Shown here one piece after another: positions 19,294 through 29,244 of a DNA stretch of 60,240 nucleotides (the stretch's first letter is position 1; every line of letters starts with the position of its first letter). The notes beneath the pieces were generated by a model. That model saw only the letters and a list, made by a program, of their open reading frames with translations, ran no database searches and had not been told where the DNA came from. This stretch comes from Candidatus Hadarchaeales archaeon (GTDB lineage: Archaea; Hadarchaeota; Hadarchaeia; Hadarchaeales; JAWBSP01): contig JAWBSP010000003.1 in the NCBI GenBank assembly GCA_038842485.1, positions 1-60,240 on the forward strand. Direction: 5' to 3'. Position numbers and translations under genes: made by a program.

Positions 19294-20430
19294 GTGCAGG
19301 TACTCCGCAATGCCCTAATCCTGGAAGGACAGAAATTGGAACCCTCCCGCGGTGTGGTGGTGATCCGTGAAGGGAGAATCGAGAAGGTAATGCGGGGTTT
19401 TCCCCCAAAGAAGGGAAGCTGTTTGGAGCTGAAGGGAGCCGTGCTCCTGCCTCCTTTTGTGAACTCCCACACCCACGTGGGAGACTCGGCTCTGGCGGAG
19501 GGGTACCTAGGAAAAACGCAGGAGGAAGCGGTGGGACCCGGAGGGGTGAAGTTTGAGGTGGAGAGGCTGCCGCCAAGCAGGGTGGCGGGGGCCGTAAGGG
19601 AAACGCTCGAGAGGATGCTCACCACGGGAACCTTAGCCCATTGCGATTTCAGAGAGGGTGGACCGGCGGGAGTCAGGCTGCTGAGGAGGCTCTCCCCACA
19701 ACCACTCCGCTCCATAGTCTTGGGGAGACCCAACGGCAGACTCCAAGAGGTGCTGCGGTGCTCGGACGGGCTGGGCTTTCCCTCTGTGGAGGCTGCCGAG
19801 AGCTTTAAGGATTCGCTCCCCCCATCCGGGAAGCTCCTTTCTATGCATGTGGCCGAGACAAAGGAGGCCCAAGAGAACTCGCTCAGGCTCTTCGGAAAAG
19901 GGGAGATACGGAGAGCACTGGATTTGAATCCTTCCTTCCTCGTACACGGAACCTGGGGAGGGGAGGAGTACGAGCTGCTTAGGAAGAAAGGGGTGCCACT
20001 GGTTTTCTGCCCTAGGGCCAATCACCTGCTGGGCTGCGGATCGCCCCCCATCTCCCACGCGCTAGAACTAGACCTCAAGTTTTTCTTGGGTACCGACAAT
20101 ACCATGGTGGCCGAACCAGACATGTTCTCCGAACTCTCCTTTGCTTGGGCCCTTGTAAGAAAGGAAAACGCGCGGGCCGGAGAGGAGGAAACTAGAAAGC
20201 TACTTATGGCTGCCACAGTGGATCCCGCTGCCTTCTTCGGGCTACCTTGGCGCGGGCTGGAGGAAGGAGCACCGGCAACCTTCATGGTCTTGAGTGGCTC
20301 GAACCTGCTCGCCCAAAACCCCCTCGCGGCGGTGGTTAATCGGGCTGGAGCGCGCAACCTGCGTTGCTTGTATATCGAGGGCAAAATTTATAAACCGCCT
20401 AGACAGTTAACTCGCCTACCGGCAGCATAA
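19294..20430 (+). CDS. Amidohydrolase-superfamily deaminase
   Basis: FVNSHTHVGD, MHVAE, VHGT, CPRAN, LGTDN. Confidence 0.85.
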   Translation: MQVLRNALILEGQKLEPSRGVVVIREGRIEKVMRGFPPKKGSCLELKGAVLLPPFVNSHTHVGDSALAEGYLGKTQEEAVGPGGVKFEVERLPPSRVAGAVRETLERMLTTGTLAHCDFREGGPAGVRLLRRLSPQPLRSIVLGRPNGRLQEVLRCSDGLGFPSVEAAESFKDSLPPSGKLLSMHVAETKEAQENSLRLFGKGEIRRALDLNPSFLVHGTWGGEEYELLRKKGVPLVFCPRANHLLGCGSPPISHALELDLKFFLGTDNTMVAEPDMFSELSFAWALVRKENARAGEEETRKLLMAATVDPAAFFGLPWRGLEEGAPATFMVLSGSNLLAQNPLAAVVNRAGARNLRCLYIEGKIYKPPRQLTRLPAA

Positions 20431-20605
20431 CGTGAACCGCTAGTTTCTCCAATTTTTGGAACTATATCGGTAATTTTAGTTAAAAATTAACCGATGTACC
20501 TGTACATTAAAAAAACGATTCGAACCATGTTAAGTTTCACGGCGCGGGCTTAGAGACCACAAGCTACCATGGACTTGAGGAAAAAAGCTCGAAAAATCGG
20601 CCTAC

Positions 20606-20620
20606 CGAAAGCTTTATAAG
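20606..20620 (+). promoter_or_regulatory. BRE/TATA promoter
   Basis: CGAAAG-C-TTTATAAG, 26-40 nt upstream of ATG 20646. Confidence 0.6.
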
Positions 20621-20645
20621 ACCACACCATCAGAAAAGCAAATCT

Positions 20646-20891
20646 ATGGAGTTCTGTCCCAAGTGTGGTGGCATGCTCCTGCCTGAAAAGGTGAGGGGCA
20701 GGCCCAAGCTAAGATGCCAAGCATGCGGAAGACTGGTCAGCCTGAAGGGAAAAACCAAGTCCTACAAAGTGGCAGAAAAGGGGGGAAAGCCCAAGGAGGT
20801 TCCAGTGGTGGAGGTCAAGAAACGCAGGAAGGAGAGAGTGGAAGTGGTAGAGGCGGAGCCTATTGAGTACTACGAGGAGCTTTTCGAGTAG
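20646..20891 (+). CDS. RpoM/TFS-like protein with only the N-terminal zinc ribbon
   Basis: MEFCPKCGGMLLP...LRCQACG; ends in acidic YYEELFE with no second CxxC pair. Confidence 0.75.
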   Translation: MEFCPKCGGMLLPEKVRGRPKLRCQACGRLVSLKGKTKSYKVAEKGGKPKEVPVVEVKKRRKERVEVVEAEPIEYYEELFE

Positions 20892-21669
20892 CCAGACCGT
20901 CCACCAAAGCCTTCCCGCATTCACAGTTTCGCCGGTCGGGTATTTGCTTTACTGCGAGGGAGAGAAGTTCGGTTAGTTTTTCCTTCAATCCAGAAATTTT
21001 TTCGATCACCTCCCTGTGGGTAAGTTTCCTTCCCGAGAGACCGGCTGCCAAGTTGGTGACAATACCCACTCCGGCATAGCAGAGTTCCAGCTCCCTAGCC
21101 AGCACGCACTCGGGAACCCCTGTCATTCCCACCACCTGGCCCCCCAGCATGCGAAACATGCGGATTTCGGCCGGGGTTTCAAACCTAGGCCCCTCCGTGC
21201 ACACGTAAGTTACCCCCTTGTGTAAGCGCACACCGAGCCCTCGGGCCACACGGGAGAGAACCCGGCCCAGCTCGGGACAGTAGGGATTGGTCATATCCAC
21301 GTGAGCCACGCCCCTTCTCCCCCCCTCGAAAAAAGTGCAGGCTCTTTGTTTGGTGAAATCCAAGAACTGATCCAGCAGAACGAGCTCGCCTGGCTTGATT
21401 TTTGGATCGAGAGAGCCGCAGGCACCGAGGCCTATTATCCGCTCCACCCCTCTTCTCTTCAGGGCCCACAGATTGGCCCTATAGTTCACGAGGTGTGGCG
21501 GGAGATTGTGCCACCGGCCATGCCTCGCAAGGAATACCACCTCCTTCCCGGAAATAACCCCCTCCTCCACCTCCACCTTCCCATAGGGGGTCAATACCTG
21601 CAAAATCCGGGGACACCCAACTCGGAAAGAGTAAAAGCCTGAACCACCTATAATCCCAATCTTGGCCAT
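20860..21669 (-). CDS. mtnP: Methylthioadenosine/methylthioinosine phosphorylase
   Basis: IGIIGGSG, LARHG, VNYRAN, TEGPRFETPAE, VGMTGVPE. Confidence 0.92.
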   Translation of the reverse strand: MAKIGIIGGSGFYSFRVGCPRILQVLTPYGKVEVEEGVISGKEVVFLARHGRWHNLPPHLVNYRANLWALKRRGVERIIGLGACGSLDPKIKPGELVLLDQFLDFTKQRACTFFEGGRRGVAHVDMTNPYCPELGRVLSRVARGLGVRLHKGVTYVCTEGPRFETPAEIRMFRMLGGQVVGMTGVPECVLARELELCYAGVGIVTNLAAGLSGRKLTHREVIEKISGLKEKLTELLSLAVKQIPDRRNCECGKALVDGLATRKAPRSTQ

Positions 21670-21793
21670 CCAAAAGGGTCTCAAGTAGCAGAAAACTTTT
21701 CTGCCGGTGGTGCTCGGATAACGCGGGGCTTCTGAAAAACTTTTAGGCTAAGAAACCATTTATATGTAAGCTAGCGGGGGTGGGAGGAAACGA

Positions 21794-23914
21794 GTGGTAT
21801 ATATAGCTCGGCTGGAGCTGCAGGGCTTTAAGTCATTCGGTAATTTCAAAACCTCGGTTTCTTTCGACCCGCACTTCACTTGCATCGCAGGGAAGAACGG
21901 GTCAGGGAAGAGCACGCTTGTCGAGGCCCTTCGCTTCGTGATAGGGGAAATGAGCGCCAAACAGATGAGGGCGGAGAGATTCTCGGATCTCCTCTTCTCC
22001 GGTGGGAACGGCTTCAAACCTGCACGCTTCGCGGAAGTGTCCCTCTACCTCGACAACGGGGACGGCGGCATCCCCTTGGCCTCGAAGGAGGTGATCATAA
22101 CTAGGAGAATGGATAAGGAGGGAAAATGCACCTACTATATCAACGGAAGGCGCTCAAGTAGGCAGGAGCTGATGGACCTAATTGGGTCAAGCAAGTTCTC
22201 CCTAGGTGAGTACAGCTTCGTGTTCCAGGGCGAGGTGGACAACCTTGCACGCATGACTGCCATACAGCGCAGGGAACTGCTGGACGAAATGGCCGGGGTG
22301 GCAGAGTTCGAGGAGAAAAAAACCAGGGCCCTTCAAGAACTCGAAGAAGTGGAGAGGAACCTTGAGGTGAGGAGGGTACAGCTCAACGGATTGGAAGGTA
22401 GAATTAGAGAACTGCAGACGGAGATGGAGAGGCTAGCCGAGTACAGAAAAACGGAGGGGGAGCTCGAACAGGTTCGCAACTGGCTCTCAGGAGTGCAGTA
22501 TATGGAATACAAGAGGGAGCTGGAGGAAGTAAGAAACAAGCTCTCAAAGGCAGATAAAAGGAAGCTTGAACTTGAGGAAGCACTTGAGAGGACTAGAAAG
22601 GAAATCCAGAGATTGAGAAAGGAGAGAGAGGTAGCAGAAAAATCCATTTCCAAGAAACAACAATCGAGACCGTTGTTGGAGCTGGAAGGGCTCAAAGGAG
22701 CCATCCGGGAGCTGGAGGAACAGGTGTTAGAGGAGGATCGGAGGAGGAGAGAGCTTGAGGAGCAGCTTATGAAAGCTCCCCAGCCGCTAATCGAGTTTCG
22801 ATCCCTGCTCGAGGAATTTAGGAGTGCCCGTCGGAGGATTGAGGATGCACGCTCTCTTGAAGAGGTAAAGAAAGAACTGACGAGGATAGAACAGATTCTG
22901 GATAGAATTGATCGGACGCTACAGAGGTTGGAGGGGGCCGAAGTTCGGGGACTCCCCTCTCGGTCCGAGTATGAAAACACGCTCTCCAAGCTCCAGAGAC
23001 TCAGGGAGAGGCTGGACCATCTGAAAAACGAGCTCCAAGAAAAAGCGGGGGAAGCCGAAAAAACGAAAACCGAACTCCAGACCCTCCACAGACGCGTGCG
23101 GATGCTGGAGAATCGGTTGAACCGCCTAGAAAAAAGGGAGAGAAACCTCTCCATGCAGGTTTCGGAACTCCAGTTAGAGATTTCCGCTCTCCGGGAACGG
23201 AAGGGTGAGCTGGAGGGGGAATTGAAACATCTCAGGGAGGTGAGGGTACCACAGAATTTGGAGATTCATCAGTTGGAACGAAAAAAGGAGGAACTCGAGC
23301 GGAAGCTGAGAGGGTTGGGTCCCATCAACTTCAGGGCCGAAGAGGACTTCAAAAAGCAGGAGAGGGAATATCAGGAGCTACTAAAAAGGTATCAGAAGCT
23401 GGTGGAGGAGAAGTCGAAGATAGAGGAAACCATCAGAGAGGTTGAGGAGAGAAAGAGGGATGCCTTCATGCGGGTGTTCGAGCAGGTTAACTCTAACTTC
23501 TCGGAAATCTTCCGTAAACTTCAGCCTGAAGGGGAGGGTCGGCTCGTGCTGCAGACGCCCGAGAACCCGTTTGAGGGGGGGCTGGAAATCAGGGCCAAGT
23601 TCGGAGGAGTTGAAAGGGATATCTTCAACCTTTCCGGCGGGGAGAGAGCGCTCGTCACGCTGGCCTTCCTTTTCGCCCTCCAGCGCGTCAAGCCCTCAGC
23701 TCTGTACGTCTTCGACGAGGTGGATGCCAGTCTAGATCCCATAAATGTCCAAAGGGTGGCCCAGCTGCTGAAGGAATATGCCAAGAACTCACAACTTATC
23801 CTCGTGACCTTCAGAGACGCGGTGATGGCTGCCGCCAACAGGGTGCTGGGAGTGACGAAACAGAACGGGATCTCGCAAGTCTACTCACTTGACATGAGGA
23901 GGTTCGGGGAGTGA
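21794..23914 (+). CDS. smc: Smc-family ATPase, unusually short (706 aa), no recognisable hinge
   Basis: GFKSF, GKNGSGKS, FQGEV Q-loop, LGPINFRAEE, LSGGE, FDEVDASLD; coupled to scpA/scpB. Confidence 0.88.
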   Translation: MVYIARLELQGFKSFGNFKTSVSFDPHFTCIAGKNGSGKSTLVEALRFVIGEMSAKQMRAERFSDLLFSGGNGFKPARFAEVSLYLDNGDGGIPLASKEVIITRRMDKEGKCTYYINGRRSSRQELMDLIGSSKFSLGEYSFVFQGEVDNLARMTAIQRRELLDEMAGVAEFEEKKTRALQELEEVERNLEVRRVQLNGLEGRIRELQTEMERLAEYRKTEGELEQVRNWLSGVQYMEYKRELEEVRNKLSKADKRKLELEEALERTRKEIQRLRKEREVAEKSISKKQQSRPLLELEGLKGAIRELEEQVLEEDRRRRELEEQLMKAPQPLIEFRSLLEEFRSARRRIEDARSLEEVKKELTRIEQILDRIDRTLQRLEGAEVRGLPSRSEYENTLSKLQRLRERLDHLKNELQEKAGEAEKTKTELQTLHRRVRMLENRLNRLEKRERNLSMQVSELQLEISALRERKGELEGELKHLREVRVPQNLEIHQLERKKEELERKLRGLGPINFRAEEDFKKQEREYQELLKRYQKLVEEKSKIEETIREVEERKRDAFMRVFEQVNSNFSEIFRKLQPEGEGRLVLQTPENPFEGGLEIRAKFGGVERDIFNLSGGERALVTLAFLFALQRVKPSALYVFDEVDASLDPINVQRVAQLLKEYAKNSQLILVTFRDAVMAAANRVLGVTKQNGISQVYSLDMRRFGE

Positions 23915-24522
23915 TGGAGGAGCCTTTTGGAATCCTGCTAGAACTCGTAAGAGAGCAGAGGCTTGACCCCTGGGAGGTAGAGGTGGGCAGACTCATCAGA
24001 CTGTGGCTGGAAAACTTGGGGGAGACCGATCTCCGCCTCTGTGGAAGTGGTATTCTCTCCGCTTCCACGCTGCTTAGGATAAAATCCGGCGACTTCGACG
24101 GCAACGGTGGGACATGCCTTCTGGAGGAGGAAGAGATTCCTGAACTTCCGGACTTGGGCCCGCTTGCCGTGGTGAGATTTGCCCCTAGAAAAATACAGCT
24201 ACAGGAACTGCTGGCCGCCCTTGCCGAGGCCATGAGAGAAACGGGTATCCAACGTCTCCATGTGGGGCGGAAACCCAGAGCCCAAGAAGAAAGAATCCTC
24301 CTGAACGAGTTTGAAAGAAACATCGAGAAACTCATGAGTTCGCTCTACCGAAGGCTTGTCCAACTTGGCAAGACGAAGTTCTCAGAGTTGCTGGATGAGA
24401 AAAACAGGCTTGCCGCTGTTAGGCTCTTCCTGCTCCTGCTCTTCCTCGCCTTCGAGAACAAAATATCGCTGAAACAGGAGGGCCATGAAATTGAGGTGGA
24501 GGTGAAGAGGGATGGGGGTTGA
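23911..24522 (+). CDS. scpA: Kleisin ScpA
   Basis: LLELV...LDPWEVEV, ASTLLRIKS, C-terminal FLLLLFLAFENKISLKQE. Confidence 0.85.
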   Translation: MMEEPFGILLELVREQRLDPWEVEVGRLIRLWLENLGETDLRLCGSGILSASTLLRIKSGDFDGNGGTCLLEEEEIPELPDLGPLAVVRFAPRKIQLQELLAALAEAMRETGIQRLHVGRKPRAQEERILLNEFERNIEKLMSSLYRRLVQLGKTKFSELLDEKNRLAAVRLFLLLLFLAFENKISLKQEGHEIEVEVKRDGG

Positions 24523-25057
24523 GGAGGACTGCAGCCTACTAGAAGCAGCCCTTTATGCGCGAGAAGGCTTCCTCTCGCTAAGGGAAGCCAAGCAAATCGT
24601 GGGCACCTCCTCCGAAACCTATCTCAGAAAACTCGCGGAGAGACTGGCGAAGCGGCTGGGGGAAAAGCACGGACCTTTCAAACTCGTCCAAAGCGAAACA
24701 AGCCTTTCCCTCCGCCTAAAGGACGACTACCTCTCCAAGCTTGAGGGCTTCATCCCCAAGGTCAGGCTTTCAAAAGGGGCTCTTAAAACACTTTCGCTCG
24801 TGGCATACAAGCAGCCCATACTTCAGTCTGAGCTCGTGAAAATGAGGGGAAAGCGGGTTTACGATCACCTCAGGGTGCTTGAAACCCTAGGGTTTGTTGA
24901 GGCGAGAAGCTATCAGAAGACCAAGGTTCTAAAAACCACCCCAAAGTTTTCTGGCTATTTCGGTCTGGAGGGGGACATAGAGAGCATCCCAATCAAACTG
25001 GCGGAGAAAGGCAGAGAGTTAGGCTTCCTAACTCCTAAAACTACTCAGCGGGAGTGA
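24512..25057 (+). CDS. scpB: ScpB (kite subunit)
   Basis: LEAALY, LSKGALKTLSLVAYKQPILQSELVKMRG, TTPKFSGYFGL. Confidence 0.92.
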   Translation: MGVEEDCSLLEAALYAREGFLSLREAKQIVGTSSETYLRKLAERLAKRLGEKHGPFKLVQSETSLSLRLKDDYLSKLEGFIPKVRLSKGALKTLSLVAYKQPILQSELVKMRGKRVYDHLRVLETLGFVEARSYQKTKVLKTTPKFSGYFGLEGDIESIPIKLAEKGRELGFLTPKTTQRE

Positions 25058-26159
25058 ACCTATCCTTCAGCTTTTCCAATACCTTGGGTAGCGTGGTATA
25101 CTCCATTGATTCCTTTCCAAGCCTCGCTGGCTCGAACTCGCCCATCCTTCTGATCATGGCGGCGTACTCAGCCGCCTCCCTTCGAGCTAGGTCAAAGGAG
25201 GGATCGTCGAACAGGTCTGCAATCATGGGATTCCCCTCATCATCCTCCGCGATCCTGCCGTGGCTCACCTGGAAACCCAAAGCCACGACTCTGGGTGGGC
25301 CGTCGAAGGCACAGCACCTAGCATCCTTCAGCCCCACCGGCATCAGTGGGCCCCAGTGACTGCCCCTCATCCATCCCTCCACCCAGAAGGTGTGCATGAA
25401 GGGTGCGAGGAGCTCGCCAACCGCGGGCAAGCCGTGCTGACCCCGTACAATACACACAGGATCATCCTTTCCCACATACTTACCAGCAATGAGCGCAAGC
25501 CTGGTGGTACTGGTGGAAGCGCAGATTTGCCCATCGCTTGCTCTCCAAACGTGGGAAATCACGTACTCACCTGGGGTTCCTATGAGCGCAAGGAGTTCGT
25601 ACATCTCCTCTGGGCATTTCATCACGACCTTCTTATTCTCGTAGACGTTGAGAACCTCAAACTTGAAGCCACCCGTCATGGCTGGGTCGATCACGAGACC
25701 GGCCGTGTTGAAGGGGTCAGCGAACATCTTGAAGAGCGGAAAGTTGAAGGCCCCAGGTTCGGTCTTATCCGCAGCGAAGACTACGATGGGATCGGATGCC
25801 CTTTCCTCTATCTCCATCTCGGCAACTCCAGGACCCATCCCCCTCACATTGCCGCTGAAAGCGGTTTTCAGGATATCCTGTCCAGCGGCGTAGAGCTTCA
25901 GATCCGTAGCCTTCTTGGCCGCTTCTTGGAAGGTTTCCCATGCCAACTTGTGGATCTCGGGATTGTTCTCACCCCTGGTGTGTACCATAAGTAGTTCCAA
26001 GTCGTCACCAGCGTGGAAGACAAAGTAGCTGTTGATCAGGCCTGTTTGTTTAGCCTCCTTCATTCTCCTCTCACCGATCCTGAGAAGCGGCTCTGGGACA
26101 GTGTGGTGCCCCGCCAGCGAACCCACGTCGCATTTGATGATGGATATGGTGGTTTTCAT
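25041..26159 (-). CDS. fbp: Fructose-1,6-bisphosphate aldolase/phosphatase (FBPase class V)
   Basis: Start MKTTISIIKCDVG at 26159; GDDLEL, GNVRGMGPG, DKTEPGAFN, YVGKDDP, GWMRGSH. Confidence 0.96.
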   Translation of the reverse strand: MKTTISIIKCDVGSLAGHHTVPEPLLRIGERRMKEAKQTGLINSYFVFHAGDDLELLMVHTRGENNPEIHKLAWETFQEAAKKATDLKLYAAGQDILKTAFSGNVRGMGPGVAEMEIEERASDPIVVFAADKTEPGAFNFPLFKMFADPFNTAGLVIDPAMTGGFKFEVLNVYENKKVVMKCPEEMYELLALIGTPGEYVISHVWRASDGQICASTSTTRLALIAGKYVGKDDPVCIVRGQHGLPAVGELLAPFMHTFWVEGWMRGSHWGPLMPVGLKDARCCAFDGPPRVVALGFQVSHGRIAEDDEGNPMIADLFDDPSFDLARREAAEYAAMIRRMGEFEPARLGKESMEYTTLPKVLEKLKDRFTPAE

Positions 26160-26292
26160 TCGGGAGGCATTTGAGAGGCACCTTAAAAGGCTTTCCCCGC
26201 CGCGGTTTTTGGAAAGTTTTCCCTTTACATGGGTAACCATAACACGGGGGGGAACAGAAAATCCAGTTTTATCAAAAGAGGTTAAGATAATT

Positions 26293-26578
26293 GGGCGAGC
26301 CGGTGGGTGGCTGCCGGGCGAAAGCCTGAGGAAACTCCGTCCACCGGGCAGGACCGCGAGCCCGCAAGGGCTAGGCCGGGAGGCCTGCTCCTGAAACAGA
26401 AACGAAACCCGCCACTCTGAACGATGATGCGAAAGCTGAGATGGAGTGGAGAGGGATGAAACGGTCAGTCCGCGGGGTGCAAGGACAAGCACCGCCTATG
26501 AGCCCCTGCCTGAGGCGGGGGTAGTCCGCTTAGTCAAATGCCACCTAAAACAGAAGACGGGTTACGGCCGGCTCGCCT
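26293..26578 (+). ncRNA. rnpB: RNase P RNA (archaeal type A-like)
   Basis: P1 GGCGAGCCGG/CCGGCTCGCC; GAGGAAACTCCGTC pairs with ACAGAAGACGGGTTA (P4); conserved ACAGAAACG, GATGAAACGG, GGTGCAAG, GGTAG..CGCTTAG. Confidence 0.93.
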
Positions 26579-26603
26579 TATACCTCGCTTTACCAATTTG
26601 TTG

Positions 26604-26825
26604 ATGCCGCATGGAAAGAAGTGGGGACTGTACAAGGCGGGTGGGAGGAGCCAGCCAGTGGAGTGCACCTTCTGCGGGAGGCTGGTTCCAAGAGTCAAGG
26701 CCATCCCTGTCCACCGCAGATTTGGTCTGGACAAAATTCCGGGTGTGGACGCTAGGCAGGTTTTCCTATCGGAGAGAAAAGGATACTCCTGCATCTCCTG
26801 CGCTAAGCACCGAGGAATGATCTAG
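26604..26825 (+). CDS. rps26e: Ribosomal protein S26e
   Basis: [22 protein letters not shown]...CISCAKHRG; ATG at 26604. Confidence 0.85.
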   Translation: MPHGKKWGLYKAGGRSQPVECTFCGRLVPRVKAIPVHRRFGLDKIPGVDARQVFLSERKGYSCISCAKHRGMI

Positions 26826-26968
26826 GCCCTGAGTTCCCTGGCCTTGGGTCTAAGCCCCCGGTACCCACACTTTCGGCAGACGGTGGCCCTCCAGGGATTT
26901 CTAGCGTTACAGCGCATACAAATCTTCACGTTGAAGAGTCGCTTCTCCGCTACCTCGAACCGCGCCAT
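26822..26968 (-). CDS. rpl40e: Ribosomal protein L40e
   Basis: [42 protein letters not shown]. Confidence 0.95.
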   Translation of the reverse strand: MARFEVAEKRLFNVKICMRCNARNPWRATVCRKCGYRGLRPKARELRA

Positions 26969-27828
26969 ATTCTTTTCAACACCTCCGGGATTTTGTCCAG
27001 CAGGTCGGAGGCCGTGAACCAGTATCCCCTTTCCTTCAAGCAAAGATCCCCAGCCAATCCATTGATGTAAGCTCCCGCGCTAGCCGCCATCAGTGGACTC
27101 ACCTTCTGAGCTAAGAGGGCACCGACGATTCCTGCCAGCACATCCCCCGTTCCGCCCACCGTCATCCCGGGATTGCCCGTGTGGTTGAGAAACACCCTCC
27201 CCTCACCGGCGATGATGTCTACGTGAGATTTGAGTAAGATGGTACACCCTAGTTCCTCTGAAGCGGAACGAACCATGCTGGCCCTTTCCTCCAACCTCTC
27301 CGGGCCCGGAAGTTTTTTACCGACCAGAAGCTCGAACTCCCCGGCATGGGGGGTTACCACGAGCTTGGGGTTCTTCAGAAGGGTCTTCTGGCTGGCGACT
27401 GCCTTTAACCCATCCGCATCAAGCAGGAGAGGAGACCCCAGCTCGTTGAGTTCGGAGGTTAGCTTCAAAACCGCCGAATAGGTTTCCGGTGATCTACCCA
27501 ATCCGGGTCCCAAAACGACGGCGTCAGCGTTCCTTGCCTCCTCAAGAACGGTGCCCACAACTTCTGGTTCCAAATCCGAACAGGGGAGCCGGACGGTTAT
27601 TAAATCCGGGGAGTAGCTACTTATTACCAGAGCTGTTTCTTTCGGAGCGCAGATGGTTACCAAATCCACCCCTGCCCTGAGGGCGGCCAACCCGACCAAG
27701 GCTGGGGCACCCGTATACCTTGAACTCCCTCCTACCACGAGAAGTCTGCCAAAGTCTCCCTTGTGGGCGTGGGGAGGTCTTGAGAGAGGGAGGACTCGGC
27801 CCAGCTTTTTGGGTGTGACGTACTCCAT
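26950..27828 (-). CDS. nnrD: ADP-dependent NAD(P)H-hydrate dehydratase
   Basis: [38 protein letters not shown]; start MEYVTPKK. Confidence 0.92.
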   Translation of the reverse strand: MEYVTPKKLGRVLPLSRPPHAHKGDFGRLLVVGGSSRYTGAPALVGLAALRAGVDLVTICAPKETALVISSYSPDLITVRLPCSDLEPEVVGTVLEEARNADAVVLGPGLGRSPETYSAVLKLTSELNELGSPLLLDADGLKAVASQKTLLKNPKLVVTPHAGEFELLVGKKLPGPERLEERASMVRSASEELGCTILLKSHVDIIAGEGRVFLNHTGNPGMTVGGTGDVLAGIVGALLAQKVSPLMAASAGAYINGLAGDLCLKERGYWFTASDLLDKIPEVLKRIWRGSR

Positions 27829-27912
27829 CCTTCCTTGGATTGAGGGATATATCGAGGACATGCAGCTCAAACCTGGCAGCTCATCCCTAATTAAGGGACT
27901 TCCCATTCATCA

Positions 27913-29244
27913 ATGAAGGAGGAAATAACACGGGTGCTGGAGAGGGTGGAAAAAGAAAAAATCAAGTTCATCCAGTTACAATTCACGGATATCCTGGGTG
28001 GGGTGAAAAACATAACCATTCCCGCCCCGAAGCTTGAAAAATCCTTTGAGGAGGGGATCTTTTTCGACGGCTCATCCGTACTAGGGTATGCCACCATTGA
28101 GGAGTCCGACATGCGTCTCATCCCAGATCCCCGTACCCTTGTTGTTCTCCCTTGGATCACGGAGGAGGAACACAAAACGGCCAGCCTCATCTGTGGGGTT
28201 TACGACCATGAGGGGAACCGTGCCCCAGGTGATCCAAGAGCCGCGCTTGAGCGGGTGATGGAGGAGGCCAGAAAGATGGGCTGGGTCTTCCACACTGCCC
28301 CGGAGTACGAGTTCTTTCTGTTTTCAACCGATTCCGCGGGCAACCCCACGGCGAACCCCTCGGATGCTGGAGGGTATTTTGATCTAATGCGGGACAGGAG
28401 CGACTTCGTGAGAAGGGAAATCGTGAACTACCTCCAGGCCATGGGGTTGGAGGTGGAGGCCTCGCACCACGAGGTTGCTCCGGGGCAGCACGAGATAGAC
28501 CTCAGACACACGGATGCCCTTGCCTCGGCCGACCACGTGGCGCTCATGAAGTACGTCACGAAGGTGGTTGCCCAGAAACATGGCCTCTTCGCCTCCTTCA
28601 TGCCCAAGCCCATCTTTGGGGTGAACGGCTCGGGAATGCACGTGCACCAGTCCCTACTCACCCTAGATGGAAAGAACGCCTTCTACGATCCCAAAGGTCC
28701 GTACAAGCTCAGCAAGCTCGCCCTTCACTTCATCGCCGGCCTGCTCGAGCACGCCAAGGAAACCTGTGCCGTGTTTAGCTCCACCGTCAACTCCTACAAG
28801 AGGTTGGTCCCGGGCTATGAGGCCCCCGTGTATATTTCCTGGGCCAATAGGAACAGGAGCGCCTACATAAGGGTCCCGGCCGGTAGGGGGATGAGAACGA
28901 GAGTGGAGCTCAGATCGCCTGACCCCGCTGGGAATCCCTACCTCCAGTTCGCCGTTATGCTCGCTGCCGGCCTGGACGGAATCAAGCGGAAGCTGGAACC
29001 CCCGGAACCCATCGAAAAAGATCTCTACCACATGAGTCCCTCGGAGCGCAAGGCCCTCAAGGTGGAGTTCCTGCCAGACAGCCTCGGATCCGCACTCGAG
29101 TACCTGAAAAGAAGCCAGCTCGTGAGGGAGACCCTAGGCGATCATCTGTTCGAACACTTCCTCTTCATCAAAGAAAAAGAGTGGGAAACATACAGGGCCC
29201 AGGTTTCGGATTGGGAGATCAGAAATCTGCTTCCGATACTTTGA
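27913..29244 (+). CDS. glnA: Glutamine synthetase type I
   Basis: FDGSS, HHEVAPGQHEI, FMPKP..GVNGSGMHVH, NSYKRLVPGYEAP, ELRSPDP. Confidence 0.97.
   Translation: MKEEITRVLERVEKEKIKFIQLQFTDILGGVKNITIPAPKLEKSFEEGIFFDGSSVLGYATIEESDMRLIPDPRTLVVLPWITEEEHKTASLICGVYDHEGNRAPGDPRAALERVMEEARKMGWVFHTAPEYEFFLFSTDSAGNPTANPSDAGGYFDLMRDRSDFVRREIVNYLQAMGLEVEASHHEVAPGQHEIDLRHTDALASADHVALMKYVTKVVAQKHGLFASFMPKPIFGVNGSGMHVHQSLLTLDGKNAFYDPKGPYKLSKLALHFIAGLLEHAKETCAVFSSTVNSYKRLVPGYEAPVYISWANRNRSAYIRVPAGRGMRTRVELRSPDPAGNPYLQFAVMLAAGLDGIKRKLEPPEPIEKDLYHMSPSERKALKVEFLPDSLGSALEYLKRSQLVRETLGDHLFEHFLFIKEKEWETYRAQVSDWEIRNLLPIL

Noticed and set aside
21741-21770. dif/Xer-like site (TTTTAGGCTAA-8 nt-TTATATGTAAG)
   Set aside because: Spacer is 8 nt rather than 6, arms match poorly, and the position fits the TATA box of smc
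21794-23914. smc as pseudogene, or as Rad50
   Set aside because: The frame is uninterrupted with both head halves and coupling to scpAB; no CxxC hook or adjacent mre11
26160-26603. N-terminal extensions of FBPase (to 26492) and S26e (from 26538)
   Set aside because: They overlap the RNase P RNA gene; family-typical starts are 26159 and 26604
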